Positions 38,302 through 47,116 of a stretch of DNA of 64,000 nucleotides are shown in pieces. Position numbers and translations under genes: made by a program. The number at the start of each line of letters is the position of its first letter. Positions within the stretch are counted from its first letter, which is position 1. The notes under the pieces are model-generated. The model was given only the letters and a program-made list of their open reading frames with translations, had not been told where the DNA came from and searched no databases. The DNA comes from Candidatus Krumholzibacteriota bacterium (GTDB lineage: Bacteria; Krumholzibacteriota; Krumholzibacteriia; JAJRXK01), in the NCBI GenBank assembly GCA_963806035.1, contig CAWDWO010000028.1:1-64000 (forward strand), written 5' to 3'.

Positions 38302-39653
38302 AGAGCTGGAAGATCTACGTGGGGATCGATCTGGGGTCGACGACCACCAAGGCCGTGATCCTGGACGAGAACCAGAGGGTCCTGGGAAAGGGCATCACCA
38401 ACAGCCGAAGCAATTACGACGTGGCCGCGGCCATCGCGCGTTCGGAAGCCTTCGTGCAGGCGCGCTTCTCGCTGCTGCGCTCTTTCGTGCAGGACCACGA
38501 GGCCCTCAAGCAGGTCACGGACAAGGCCCTGCCCGTTCTCGAGCTCAGCTTTCGCTTCCAGCAATACCTCGAGCAACTGGGCCGCCTGCAATCAGAATTG
38601 CACAACGCCGCTCGCTCGTCGCGCCACGAGAATCACCGCGATGAACTCGAGAAGATCGTGGACTTGATCGTCGAAGAAATGGCGGCGCGCATGAAAGAGG
38701 CCTTCGTGCCGGGCCACGAGAGAAAGAGCGACTTCTTTCGCGACCTCGCGGGCGCGGAATACATGAAGCTCGCCGAAGACTACGCCACGACGAACGGCAT
38801 CGGTTTCGAGGAGCTCTGCAGCCTCTACGACGCCGCCATTCTGCCGGTGGAAAACACGGCCGGCAAAACCGGTTTCGTCGAGAACATTCAATCCGCTTTA
38901 GCCTTGACCATAGCTCGCCTGGCCGAAGATCCGGCCTGGACTCCGCGCATCGAGTCGGAGTTGCGCGCGTGCGTGAACGAAGGAGCCCAGGCACAGCTCG
39001 AAGAGATCGCGACGGTCGGAACCGGCTACGGTCGGGCCCGTCTTCCCTTCCCCCGCGAACAAATTCGCAGCGAAATTCTCTGTCACGGATTGGGGGCGCA
39101 CGAGATGTTCCCCGGCACCGCGACCGTGCTCGACATCGGAGGGCAGGACACCAAGGCCATTCAGGTCGACGAGGACGGTATCGTGACGAGCTTCCAGATG
39201 AACGACCGTTGCGCGGCGGGCTGCGGCCGCTACCTGGGTTACATCGCGGACGAAATGAACCTGGGCCTGCACGAGCTGGGACCTCTCGCGCAGCGCGCCC
39301 GCAAGAAGGTGAAGATCAGCAGCACCTGCACCGTGTTCGCCGGCGCGGAACTGCGCGACCGGCTTTCGATGGGACAGCGCCGCGAGGACATTCTCGCCGG
39401 TCTGCACCGGGCCATCATCCTGAGAGCAATGTCCCTGCTCGCCCGCTCGGGCGGCATCGACGACGAATTCACCTTCACCGGTGGCGTCGCGCGAAACCCC
39501 GCGGCGGTCGCCGCGGTGGAGGGCCTCATCGCGGAAAACTACGGCGAACGCACGATCAACATTTCACCCGATTCCATCTACACCGGCGCTCTCGGCGCCG
39601 CGCTCTTCGCAAAGAGGGGAGGACGTGATGCCCACGAGTTCGACCGCAACTGA
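38298..39653 (+). CDS. bcrA: Class I benzoyl-CoA reductase subunit A (ATP-binding)
   Basis: GIDLGSTTTKAV, TGYGR, SEILCHGLG, DIGGQDTK and MNDRCAAGCGRYL motifs. Confidence 0.93.
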   Translation: MKSWKIYVGIDLGSTTTKAVILDENQRVLGKGITNSRSNYDVAAAIARSEAFVQARFSLLRSFVQDHEALKQVTDKALPVLELSFRFQQYLEQLGRLQSELHNAARSSRHENHRDELEKIVDLIVEEMAARMKEAFVPGHERKSDFFRDLAGAEYMKLAEDYATTNGIGFEELCSLYDAAILPVENTAGKTGFVENIQSALALTIARLAEDPAWTPRIESELRACVNEGAQAQLEEIATVGTGYGRARLPFPREQIRSEILCHGLGAHEMFPGTATVLDIGGQDTKAIQVDEDGIVTSFQMNDRCAAGCGRYLGYIADEMNLGLHELGPLAQRARKKVKISSTCTVFAGAELRDRLSMGQRREDILAGLHRAIILRAMSLLARSGGIDDEFTFTGGVARNPAAVAAVEGLIAENYGERTINISPDSIYTGALGAALFAKRGGRDAHEFDRN

Positions 39654-40542
39654 CACCCTCATCACGGCCGGAGTGGACGTGGGAACCAGCTCCGTGAAGA
39701 CGGTGATCGTGGCATTCTTGCACCCCGAATCGATCGACCGCTCGGTGGGAGCCTCCGAGCTGGAGATTCTTTCGTACCGCCACGATCGCATCCGGCGCCG
39801 GGATCTCCGCGAGGTGGTGGACCAGAGTTGGGCGATGGCCCTGGATGAGGCCGGCCTGAGCGCGGCAGACGTGGCTTACGTCGCCAGCACCGGAGAGGGG
39901 GAACTGGTGGATTTTCGCCGCGGACATTTCTACGGCATGACCACCCATGCACGCGGTGCGACCTTCCTCTTTCCCGGCGCCAAAGCAGTTCTGGACCTGG
40001 GATCGCTTCACGCGCGCGCCATGCGCGTCGACGCCCAAAGCCGTGTTCTCGCCAATCGCATGACGAGCCAGTGCGCCTCCGGTTCGGGACAATTCCTGGA
40101 AAACGTGGCGCGCTATTTGGGTGTCACCCTCGAAGAGGTGGGAGAGCTGTCGCAGTGCGCCCAGACTCCCGAATCGGTGAGCAGCGTGTGCGCGGTGCTG
40201 GCCGAAACCGACGTCATCAACATGGTCAGCAGCGGAATCAAGACCGAGGACATCCTGAAGGGCATCCATCTCTCGATGGCCGGCCGTTACGTCAAACTCT
40301 TGCGCGCGATCGGAGGAGAAGGCAAGATCGTGATCACCGGCGGTCTTTCGGCGGACGCGGGCTTGGTGGAAGCGATGCGGGAGAAAGCGGCCGAGGACGA
40401 TTTGCCCATGAGTTTTCACACTCACGAACTCTCGATGCACGCGGGGGCGCTGGGTGCCGCCCTGTGGAGCGGATATCGGCACCGGGTTCTTCTTCAGCGA
40501 GAACGGGCGGCCCGGGCAGCAGGCGGCGCTCGTCTGGATTGA
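39628..40542 (+). CDS. bcrD: Class I benzoyl-CoA reductase subunit D (ATP-binding)
   Basis: GVDVGTSSVK, STGEGE, MTSQCASGSGQFLEN and CAVLAETDVINM motifs. Confidence 0.92.
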   Translation: MPTSSTATDTLITAGVDVGTSSVKTVIVAFLHPESIDRSVGASELEILSYRHDRIRRRDLREVVDQSWAMALDEAGLSAADVAYVASTGEGELVDFRRGHFYGMTTHARGATFLFPGAKAVLDLGSLHARAMRVDAQSRVLANRMTSQCASGSGQFLENVARYLGVTLEEVGELSQCAQTPESVSSVCAVLAETDVINMVSSGIKTEDILKGIHLSMAGRYVKLLRAIGGEGKIVITGGLSADAGLVEAMREKAAEDDLPMSFHTHELSMHAGALGAALWSGYRHRVLLQRERAARAAGGARLD

Positions 40543-40571
40543 ATCACGGCTTCATCGAACGCGGGGGAAGC

Positions 40572-41354
40572 ATGCACGCAGCCAAGTCTTCGAATTTCCC
40601 TTCGTCCCCCGAGAGCCGCGAGATGCATTTTGCCCCGGCATATTCCAGGGAAATGGAGGGGCGGGTCGCGATCGTGAGCGGCGCGGCCGGAGGCATCGGC
40701 AAGGCCATCATGGCCGAGCTCCTCGGTCACGGCGCGCGTGTGGTGGGGTTCGACCTCATGGATCCACCCGACTCCAAGCTCGACTGGATGAAAGGCGACG
40801 TGGGCGAAGACCACGACGTAGAGCGCGTGGTCGCCTCCACCGTGCAAGAATACGGGCGCCTGGACTTCGTGGTGCACGCGGCGGGGATCGCTCGCGACGG
40901 AGTACTCTGGAAGCTCTCCGAAGACGACTGGGACGCCGTGCACCGAGTCAATCTGAAGAGCGCCTTTCTCTTGCTGAGGCACGCGGTGCCCGTCATGAGG
41001 AAGGCCGAACGCGGCAGCATCGTCTTCATCGGCTCCATCAACGGCTCGCGCGGAAAATTCGGCCAGACGGCATATGCGGCGAGCAAGGCCGGGCTCCTCG
41101 GCCTGGCCAAGAGCGCGGCGCGAGAGTGCGCCCGCTTCCACCTGCGCGTGAACGTGGTGGAACCGGGCATGGTCAACACGAGCATGACGCGGGATCTGCC
41201 CGAGAGCGTCAAGGAGGAAGCGCTGCGGGAGATCCTGCTGGGGCGTTTCGCCGAACCCGTCGACATCGCCCGCGCGGTGCACTTTCTGCTCGGCGACGGT
41301 GGCTCGCACATCACCGGCCAGATCCTGCGTGTCGATGGCGGTCAATACTTCTAG
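40572..41354 (+). CDS. SDR 3-oxoacyl-CoA/ACP reductase-like; alternative start at 40653
   Basis: GAAGGIG, AGIARD, GQTAYAASKAG and TGQILRVDGG motifs. Confidence 0.88.
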   Translation: MHAAKSSNFPSSPESREMHFAPAYSREMEGRVAIVSGAAGGIGKAIMAELLGHGARVVGFDLMDPPDSKLDWMKGDVGEDHDVERVVASTVQEYGRLDFVVHAAGIARDGVLWKLSEDDWDAVHRVNLKSAFLLLRHAVPVMRKAERGSIVFIGSINGSRGKFGQTAYAASKAGLLGLAKSAARECARFHLRVNVVEPGMVNTSMTRDLPESVKEEALREILLGRFAEPVDIARAVHFLLGDGGSHITGQILRVDGGQYF

Positions 41355-41498
41355 CGGCCCCGCGCTGCCCAGGCGGAACGGCGCGGGATTCCGCGCGCTG
41401 GAGAAATCGACGCCAATGTGGTCGGAATTCCGCTGGGGTCGCTATATTGTCGTGAATTCCAAGGCGAGGCAGGGCCTGAGCCCTGAGAGGAGAATCAA

Positions 41499-42206
41499 AT
41501 GCGGTGTACACGTTGCGGACATGTGGGCGGGGGACAGGACAATTTCTGCAGTGAATGTGGAGCGTTCCTGCGCGACGCATACGTCGATCACAAGCTGCTC
41601 TTCGCATTGCAACAGCAGAGCGAGGGGAACGACAAAGAGGCGCGCCGCGCCATGGAGCGGCTGATCGAGGACAACCCCGACCACGTGCTCGCGAATCATC
41701 TCCTGGGCAGTCTCTACTTTCACCAGGGCACCCTGGAAAAGGCAATCCAGTGCTACCGCTGCGCGCTCAAGAAGGCGCCCCATTTTCTCCAGTGTATCTA
41801 TGATCTGGGCGTGGCCTGGTATCATCACGGCAACATGAAAGAGGCCATTCGAGCCTTTCAGAAATGTCTCAGTATCGACCCGCACTACAACGCCGCCCAC
41901 TACCGTTTGGGGATCGCCCTCTTTCACGCCGGTGAAATCGACGCGGCACTCGAGCACTACGAAATCGCCTCCTCGCTCACCCCGGAATATCTCATGGCCC
42001 GTTATCACATCGGGATCGTCCACGAGCGCAAGAACGACCACAAGTCGGCTGCCCAAGCCTTCCAGCAGAGTATCGATGAAGCAGTCGGCGAGGTGAGCAG
42101 CCTCTATCACCTGGCACAGATCCGGCGCGCCGAGGGGAACGAGGAAGAAGCTCGCGAGCTTCTGGAGCGCGCCGCGGGTTTTGGCACACTCGATTCGGTG
42201 GAGTGA
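41499..42206 (+). CDS. TPR-repeat protein with an N-terminal zinc ribbon
   Basis: CTRCG...FCSECG followed by TPR helices (YDLGVAWY, HYRLGIAL, RYHIGIV); RBS gaggag. Confidence 0.85.
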   Translation: MRCTRCGHVGGGQDNFCSECGAFLRDAYVDHKLLFALQQQSEGNDKEARRAMERLIEDNPDHVLANHLLGSLYFHQGTLEKAIQCYRCALKKAPHFLQCIYDLGVAWYHHGNMKEAIRAFQKCLSIDPHYNAAHYRLGIALFHAGEIDAALEHYEIASSLTPEYLMARYHIGIVHERKNDHKSAAQAFQQSIDEAVGEVSSLYHLAQIRRAEGNEEEARELLERAAGFGTLDSVE

Positions 42207-42210
42207 ATCC

Positions 42211-43488
42211 GTGAGCGAATCTTCCAAGCTTCCACGTCCTTCCATCGACGAGTTGATCTTCGACTGGGAGCAGGCCGGCCCCAACCGCTTCACCGGGGTC
42301 GATCACGTGATGATCGACGACGAGACCCTGCGCGATGGGCTTCAATGCCCCTCGGTGATCGATCCCGACACCGAGTTGAAGGTCGAGCTTTTGCACATCA
42401 TGGACAGCCTGGGCATCGAGACCGCGGACGTCGGTTTGCCCGGCGCCGGTGAACGTCAATGGAACGCGGTCATGCGTCTCTGCCGCGAGATCGTCGACCA
42501 CGGGCTTTCCATTCGTCCCAACTGCGCGGGTCGTACCGTGATGGCCGACATCCAGCCCATGGCGGAGATTTCCCAGCGCGTGGGAATCGGGATTGAAGCC
42601 TGCGTCTTCATCGGCAGCAGTCCCATCCGACAGTACACCGAGAACTGGCAACTCGATCAGCTGCTGCGTCACACGAAGGAAGCGGTGAGCTTCGGAGTGG
42701 CCGAGGGACTGGACGTGATGTACGTCACCGAGGACACGATCCGTTCCTCACCCGAACACCTGCGCCTGCTTTTGACCGCCGCGATCGACGCCGGGGCCAA
42801 GAGAGTTTGTCTGTGTGACACGGTGGGCGCGGGAGTTCCCGAGGGAGTCAAGAACCTCGTCGCATGGACGCGCCAGCTCATCGACGAGTTGGGAGCGGAG
42901 GTCGGCATCGACTGGCACGGACACCGCGACCGCGGGCTCGATCTCTCCAATACCCTGGCCGCGATTCAGGCCGGCGCGACCCGTGTCCACGGCACCCTGC
43001 TGGGGATCGGCGAACGGGTGGGCAACACTCCCATCGAGCAGCTTCTGGTGAATCTCAAACTTCTGGGCCTGCGCGATGACGACCTCTCCCGCCTGCCCGA
43101 ATATGCGACGCTGGTATCCAAGGGGACCGGAGTGCCCATCCCCGCGAACGCGCCCATCCTGGGGCGCGACGCGTTCCGTACCGCCACTGGAGTCCACGCT
43201 TCCGCCGTGGTCAAGGCTCAGGCCAAGGGGGACGCGTGGCTCGCCGATCGCGTGTATTCGGGGGTGCCCGCGAGCTGGATCGGACGCAGCCAGGAAATCG
43301 AAGTGGGCCACATGTCCGGCAACTCGAACGTCATCCACTACCTCAAGAGCCGTGGTTTGCCCTACGGCCCCGAGGTCGTGCAAGCGGTCCTCGCCGAAGC
43401 CAAGAAGTCGCCCCGCCTTTTGGAGGAAGAAGACATCGTCGCGCTCGTGCGCAAGGTGACGAGTGCAGCCTCCGGCGGACGCGAGTAG
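42211..43488 (+). CDS. LeuA-like DRE-TIM acyl-CoA condensing enzyme lacking the C-terminal regulatory domain
   Basis: DETLRDGLQ, LCDTVG, HGHRDRG and GIGERVGN motifs; only ~425 aa. Confidence 0.85.
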   Translation: MSESSKLPRPSIDELIFDWEQAGPNRFTGVDHVMIDDETLRDGLQCPSVIDPDTELKVELLHIMDSLGIETADVGLPGAGERQWNAVMRLCREIVDHGLSIRPNCAGRTVMADIQPMAEISQRVGIGIEACVFIGSSPIRQYTENWQLDQLLRHTKEAVSFGVAEGLDVMYVTEDTIRSSPEHLRLLLTAAIDAGAKRVCLCDTVGAGVPEGVKNLVAWTRQLIDELGAEVGIDWHGHRDRGLDLSNTLAAIQAGATRVHGTLLGIGERVGNTPIEQLLVNLKLLGLRDDDLSRLPEYATLVSKGTGVPIPANAPILGRDAFRTATGVHASAVVKAQAKGDAWLADRVYSGVPASWIGRSQEIEVGHMSGNSNVIHYLKSRGLPYGPEVVQAVLAEAKKSPRLLEEEDIVALVRKVTSAASGGRE

Positions 43489-43524
43489 CTCCCTCCGCGC
43501 CGCACTTTTGAGCCCACAGGGTTT

Positions 43525-43959
43525 TCAGATCACCGCATCGGGAAGAGTCTCGACGAACTCGCGCAGTTCGTCGCGCACCCGCCGGTAAGGACCCAGAATC
43601 TCCTCTTCTTCGCTGAGCTCGGCGACGAGCCGCGGAGGATCATCGAAGTTGTGGTGCACCACGCGCGCGGGGCGGGGAAATACGGGACAGTTCTCGTAGG
43701 CGTTGTCGCACACGGTGATCACCACGTCGAAGTCGTGATCGAGCACCTCCTGCAAGTGCTTGCTCTTCTGGTGTGAGATGTCCACTCCCGCCTCTTTCAT
43801 GACCTTCACCGCATAGGGATCGAGCCCTTTCGGCTCGAGGCCGGCGGAGTGGACGTGAATCTGCTCGCCACGGAGCTGGCGCGCCCAGCCCTCGGCCATC
43901 TGGCTGCGACAGGAATTGCCGGTGCAGAGAAAGAGGATCTTTAGCTTGTCGTGCGTCAT
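43525..43959 (-). CDS. arsC: Arsenate reductase (thioredoxin-coupled, LMW-PTP fold)
   Basis: CTGNSCRSQMAEG, TVCD....CP and FDDP motifs. Confidence 0.88.
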   Translation of the reverse strand: MTHDKLKILFLCTGNSCRSQMAEGWARQLRGEQIHVHSAGLEPKGLDPYAVKVMKEAGVDISHQKSKHLQEVLDHDFDVVITVCDNAYENCPVFPRPARVVHHNFDDPPRLVAELSEEEEILGPYRRVRDELREFVETLPDAVI

Positions 43960-43981
43960 GGTAATGGGGGCTTCTGGGGAA

Positions 43982-44800
43982 TCAGCTCGCAATCGGGGCG
44001 GCCTGTTCCCAGAGCATGCTGAAGATGGAGGAAAAGCCGCGGCTCAAGGACTCATTGCGAATTTCGATCATGATGAAGCCGTCTCCCTCGGCTGGACGCG
44101 GATCGACCATGGGCAGACCGGTGATGCGATCGTCGAAAATCACCATGCGCATGGGTACCTCTTTGAGCCAGCGCAGGTTCGCGCCACTGCGCAGGTACTC
44201 CTCGAGGATCTCGCGTTCCGGATCGCCATAGCCCGAAGGAAGCTCGTAGATCTGCCGAACTTCCACCCCCGCCTTGACTCGCTCGCGCACCAGCTCCGTA
44301 TCGTCGCGCACCACCAGGGGTAAGCGCGCCACCACGCACACTCGCTCGGTGGCTGCGTTCAAGAGAATCTTGTAGTTGCGCGCGGCGGCATAGCGCCCCT
44401 GGAAAAGTTTGACCCGGCCCTCGCGCCGGTTGAGGGCGGTCCCGGAGCTGACGAACTCCTCCTTGAGACGCTTCAGGGCGTGCTTGGTGCTCGATTCCCG
44501 CGCCCGCATGTCCTCCAGGAGCGGACGAAACGCCAGATGGGGCGCGATGGCGGCGTAGCAATTGACCGGGCCGAGCTGGCTCTCGCACAGGCCGCGCTGA
44601 ATGAGGCGCTTGAGCGTGGAGTAGACCTTGGGCTGGGGAACGCGGCTGAGTTCCGCGATCTCGGGCACCCGGGAACCGGGATGGCGCAGAATGGCCAAGT
44701 AGACCCGCACCTCGTAGTCGGTGAGGCCCAGATTGACCAGACCCTCGGAAATCCGGGAGTCGGTTCCACTCACGGTCTTGGCCTTGCGGGCAGGACTCAC
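43982..44800 (-). CDS. TrmB family transcriptional regulator
   Basis: LGLTDYEVRVYLAIL...IAELSRVPQPKVYSTLKRL; PLD-like C-terminal domain. Confidence 0.85.
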   Translation of the reverse strand: MSPARKAKTVSGTDSRISEGLVNLGLTDYEVRVYLAILRHPGSRVPEIAELSRVPQPKVYSTLKRLIQRGLCESQLGPVNCYAAIAPHLAFRPLLEDMRARESSTKHALKRLKEEFVSSGTALNRREGRVKLFQGRYAAARNYKILLNAATERVCVVARLPLVVRDDTELVRERVKAGVEVRQIYELPSGYGDPEREILEEYLRSGANLRWLKEVPMRMVIFDDRITGLPMVDPRPAEGDGFIMIEIRNESLSRGFSSIFSMLWEQAAPIAS

Positions 44801-44891
44801 CAGGCAAACCTCTCCTGTGCGCGGCAGCTTGCAGTCTAGAGGGCGAAATGGGGGAAGGCCAGCGCCATTCCGTGCGCGGCGAAGCGGCAGG

Positions 44892-44922
44892 ACGAAGGCC
44901 CGCCCTGAGGGCGGGCCTTCGT
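44892..44922. terminator. Perfect 15-bp inverted repeat (strong hairpin; no clear U tract)
   Basis: acgaaggcccgccct-g-agggcgggccttcgt. Confidence 0.6.
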
Positions 44923-44924
44923 AT

Positions 44925-45092
44925 TCGGGGCGCGCTCACACCCGGGTCTTTCCCTGCCGCGATTTGCCCCGGGGTCAGGCGAATCCCCCTCGGCCTGCCG
45001 TCTGGTCCCAGCAAACGAGGCAGGGGGCGACCCTCACGAGGCATCGGCGGAAGAGCACGGGGGCGCGGCCACCGTGGTACGCTCCACTGAGT
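44925..45092 (-). ncRNA. Candidate rod-like small RNA or structured 5' leader of the TrmB gene
   Basis: Nested minus-strand helices lying between a sigma70 promoter and the 44892-44922 hairpin. Confidence 0.4.
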
Positions 45093-45098
45093 GCAATA

Positions 45099-45128
45099 AT
45101 TTTAGCCGATTTTTTGAATCGGCGTCTA
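45099..45128 (-). promoter_or_regulatory. Sigma70 promoter with a palindrome in the spacer
   Basis: Minus strand TAGACG-N18-TAAAAT; gccgatt-N5-aatcggc at 45105-45123. Confidence 0.6.
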
Positions 45129-45224
45129 CCCCCTGCTTTCTCAATTTCCCATCCAGGGTTGGAAGTCCTTTGATTTCAGCGGGTATCTTCTCTTATCGCC
45201 CAAAGGATTCAGTGACTATCATGG

Positions 45225-46337
45225 ATGCTGGATTTTGGCTTGGATCACGACTTGGGCTCACACCCCGTGGAGGCTCCCGTGCCGCGAGATTGGAATGAAG
45301 CAGAGCTGAAGGAGCGGCCGGCGCGCGACGAGGCCGAAATCCGCCCTTCCGCGGGCGCGGCCCTGGGACAGTGGGGCAAGGCGCCTCCCCATCCGCTCTC
45401 GCGGCCCAGCCTCACGCGGCGCTTGCAGCGGCTTTTCGCGCGCTCCCTGCGCATCCTGCCCAAGACTGTGGTGAAGATCTTCGCCGCGCGCTACATCGCG
45501 GGAGAGACCGTGGCCGATGGGGTGGCCAAGGCGCGCGAACTCCACGAGGCTCACGGCCTCCACTCCACGCTCGACGTCCTGGGAGAGGATGTCCACACGA
45601 GCGCGGACGTGGAGGAGTACCACCGCGAGTATCGAAAGCTGATCGCGAGCATCGCCGATCTTCCTTTCGCGAACGTCTCGATCAAGCTCTCCGCCCTGGG
45701 GCAGCTTCTCGACGAAGAGGACTGCATCCAACGAACCGAAGACATCGTCAGGCGCGCCGCGGAGGTCGACACCTTCGTCCGCTTCGACATGGAAGACCAC
45801 ACGACGACCAGCAGCACCCTGCGCATCTACCGGACCTTGCGCGAACGCGGCCACACCAATCTGGGCATCGTCTTGCAGTCACGGCTCTTCCGCACGACCG
45901 ACGACCTCGAGGAACTCGCCCATTTCAAGCCCAACGTGCGCCTGTGCATCGGAATCTACCGCGAGCCGCCACAGATCGCGCTGCAGGACAAGCCCGAGAT
46001 GAAGCGGCGCATGATGGAATTGCTGGAAGGCATGTGGGCGAATTCCCAGCACGTGGCCCTGGCCACCCACGAGGAATGGTGCATCCGAGAGGCCCTGACG
46101 ATCGCCGAGCGCCTCCACATTCCCAAACCCGAAATCGAAGTTCAGATGTTACTGGGAGTACCGAGCCTCCCCTTGCAGAAGGAACTCATTGCGCAGGGAA
46201 TCCGCGTGCGCCTCTACGTTCCTTATGGCCGGCAGTGGTACGCCTACAGCATGCGACGTCTGGAGAACAACCCGGACGTGTTCCTTTCCGTCCTGAAGAG
46301 CCTCGTGCGCAGCATCTTCCATCGCGGGTCCAATTGA
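45225..46337 (+). CDS. Monofunctional proline dehydrogenase; start uncertain
   Basis: RYIAGE, LDVLGE, SIKLSALG, RFDMED, LATH, QMLLG and RLYVPYG..WYAYSMRRLENP-like motifs. Confidence 0.9.
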   Translation: MLDFGLDHDLGSHPVEAPVPRDWNEAELKERPARDEAEIRPSAGAALGQWGKAPPHPLSRPSLTRRLQRLFARSLRILPKTVVKIFAARYIAGETVADGVAKARELHEAHGLHSTLDVLGEDVHTSADVEEYHREYRKLIASIADLPFANVSIKLSALGQLLDEEDCIQRTEDIVRRAAEVDTFVRFDMEDHTTTSSTLRIYRTLRERGHTNLGIVLQSRLFRTTDDLEELAHFKPNVRLCIGIYREPPQIALQDKPEMKRRMMELLEGMWANSQHVALATHEEWCIREALTIAERLHIPKPEIEVQMLLGVPSLPLQKELIAQGIRVRLYVPYGRQWYAYSMRRLENNPDVFLSVLKSLVRSIFHRGSN

Positions 46338-46395
46338 AGTACAATCGTCTAGATACGATGATTGACTTTCTCCTCGTTGATTGAAGCGCGTGCGC

Positions 46396-47013
46396 ATGAG
46401 AAGAACTTCGCCCATTCCACTCCTTTGTCTTCTCTGTTCGGTCCTGCTCGTGGCAGTTCGCCCTTCGACCGCTTCGGCGCTCGTGCTGAATTTCGACGAA
46501 CTCGTTTCGGGCACTCCGGTCAACGAGCAATACGAGTTCATGGGCGTGCACCTTCATGCTGTTGGCACCGGGCTCGGAGAGATCATCGCCACTGCCCTGG
46601 CCGATACCTGCCCCGGGATGCCGGCCTCGGCGCCCAATGTCCTTTCCTACCAGGCCGAAGGCAGCTGTCCGAACGTTCACGACGAACTGGGCTGGTTCGT
46701 CGTCGACTTCGATACTCCGCAAAACCGAGTTTCGATCACCGCCGTTCACGAGGGGCCCGACGCAGCGGCTTACTTGAAAGCATACGGGGCCGACGGATTC
46801 ATCGAAATCGCATGGAGCGTTCCCGGTGCGGCAATGACCGGAGTTCCTCAAACTCTCACGGTCGCACCGCCTTTGGACCGGCAACGGATCACCCAGGTAC
46901 TCTTCGGCGTCTATCGCTCCAGTGATGCCGCGGTCTTCGACGATCTCTCCTTCGACCTCGTCGTCCCCACCTCCTCGAGCAGCTGGGGAACGCTCAAGGC
47001 CCAGTGGCGGTGA
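46396..47013 (+). CDS. Secreted hypothetical protein with a C-terminal WGxxK tail
   Basis: Signal peptide (ASA|LVLNFDEL), beta-rich domain ending FDDLSF, tail VPTSSSSWGTLKAQWR. Confidence 0.8.
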   Translation: MRRTSPIPLLCLLCSVLLVAVRPSTASALVLNFDELVSGTPVNEQYEFMGVHLHAVGTGLGEIIATALADTCPGMPASAPNVLSYQAEGSCPNVHDELGWFVVDFDTPQNRVSITAVHEGPDAAAYLKAYGADGFIEIAWSVPGAAMTGVPQTLTVAPPLDRQRITQVLFGVYRSSDAAVFDDLSFDLVVPTSSSSWGTLKAQWR

Positions 47014-47116
47014 GTGAGACCGCCCGCGAGCCGTCGCGCCCCGCTACTTCCTTCGGCAAGCGCACGAGGTCCCTCAGCAACCCGCGGGAACACCTTCGGC
47101 AAGCGCATGAGGTCCT

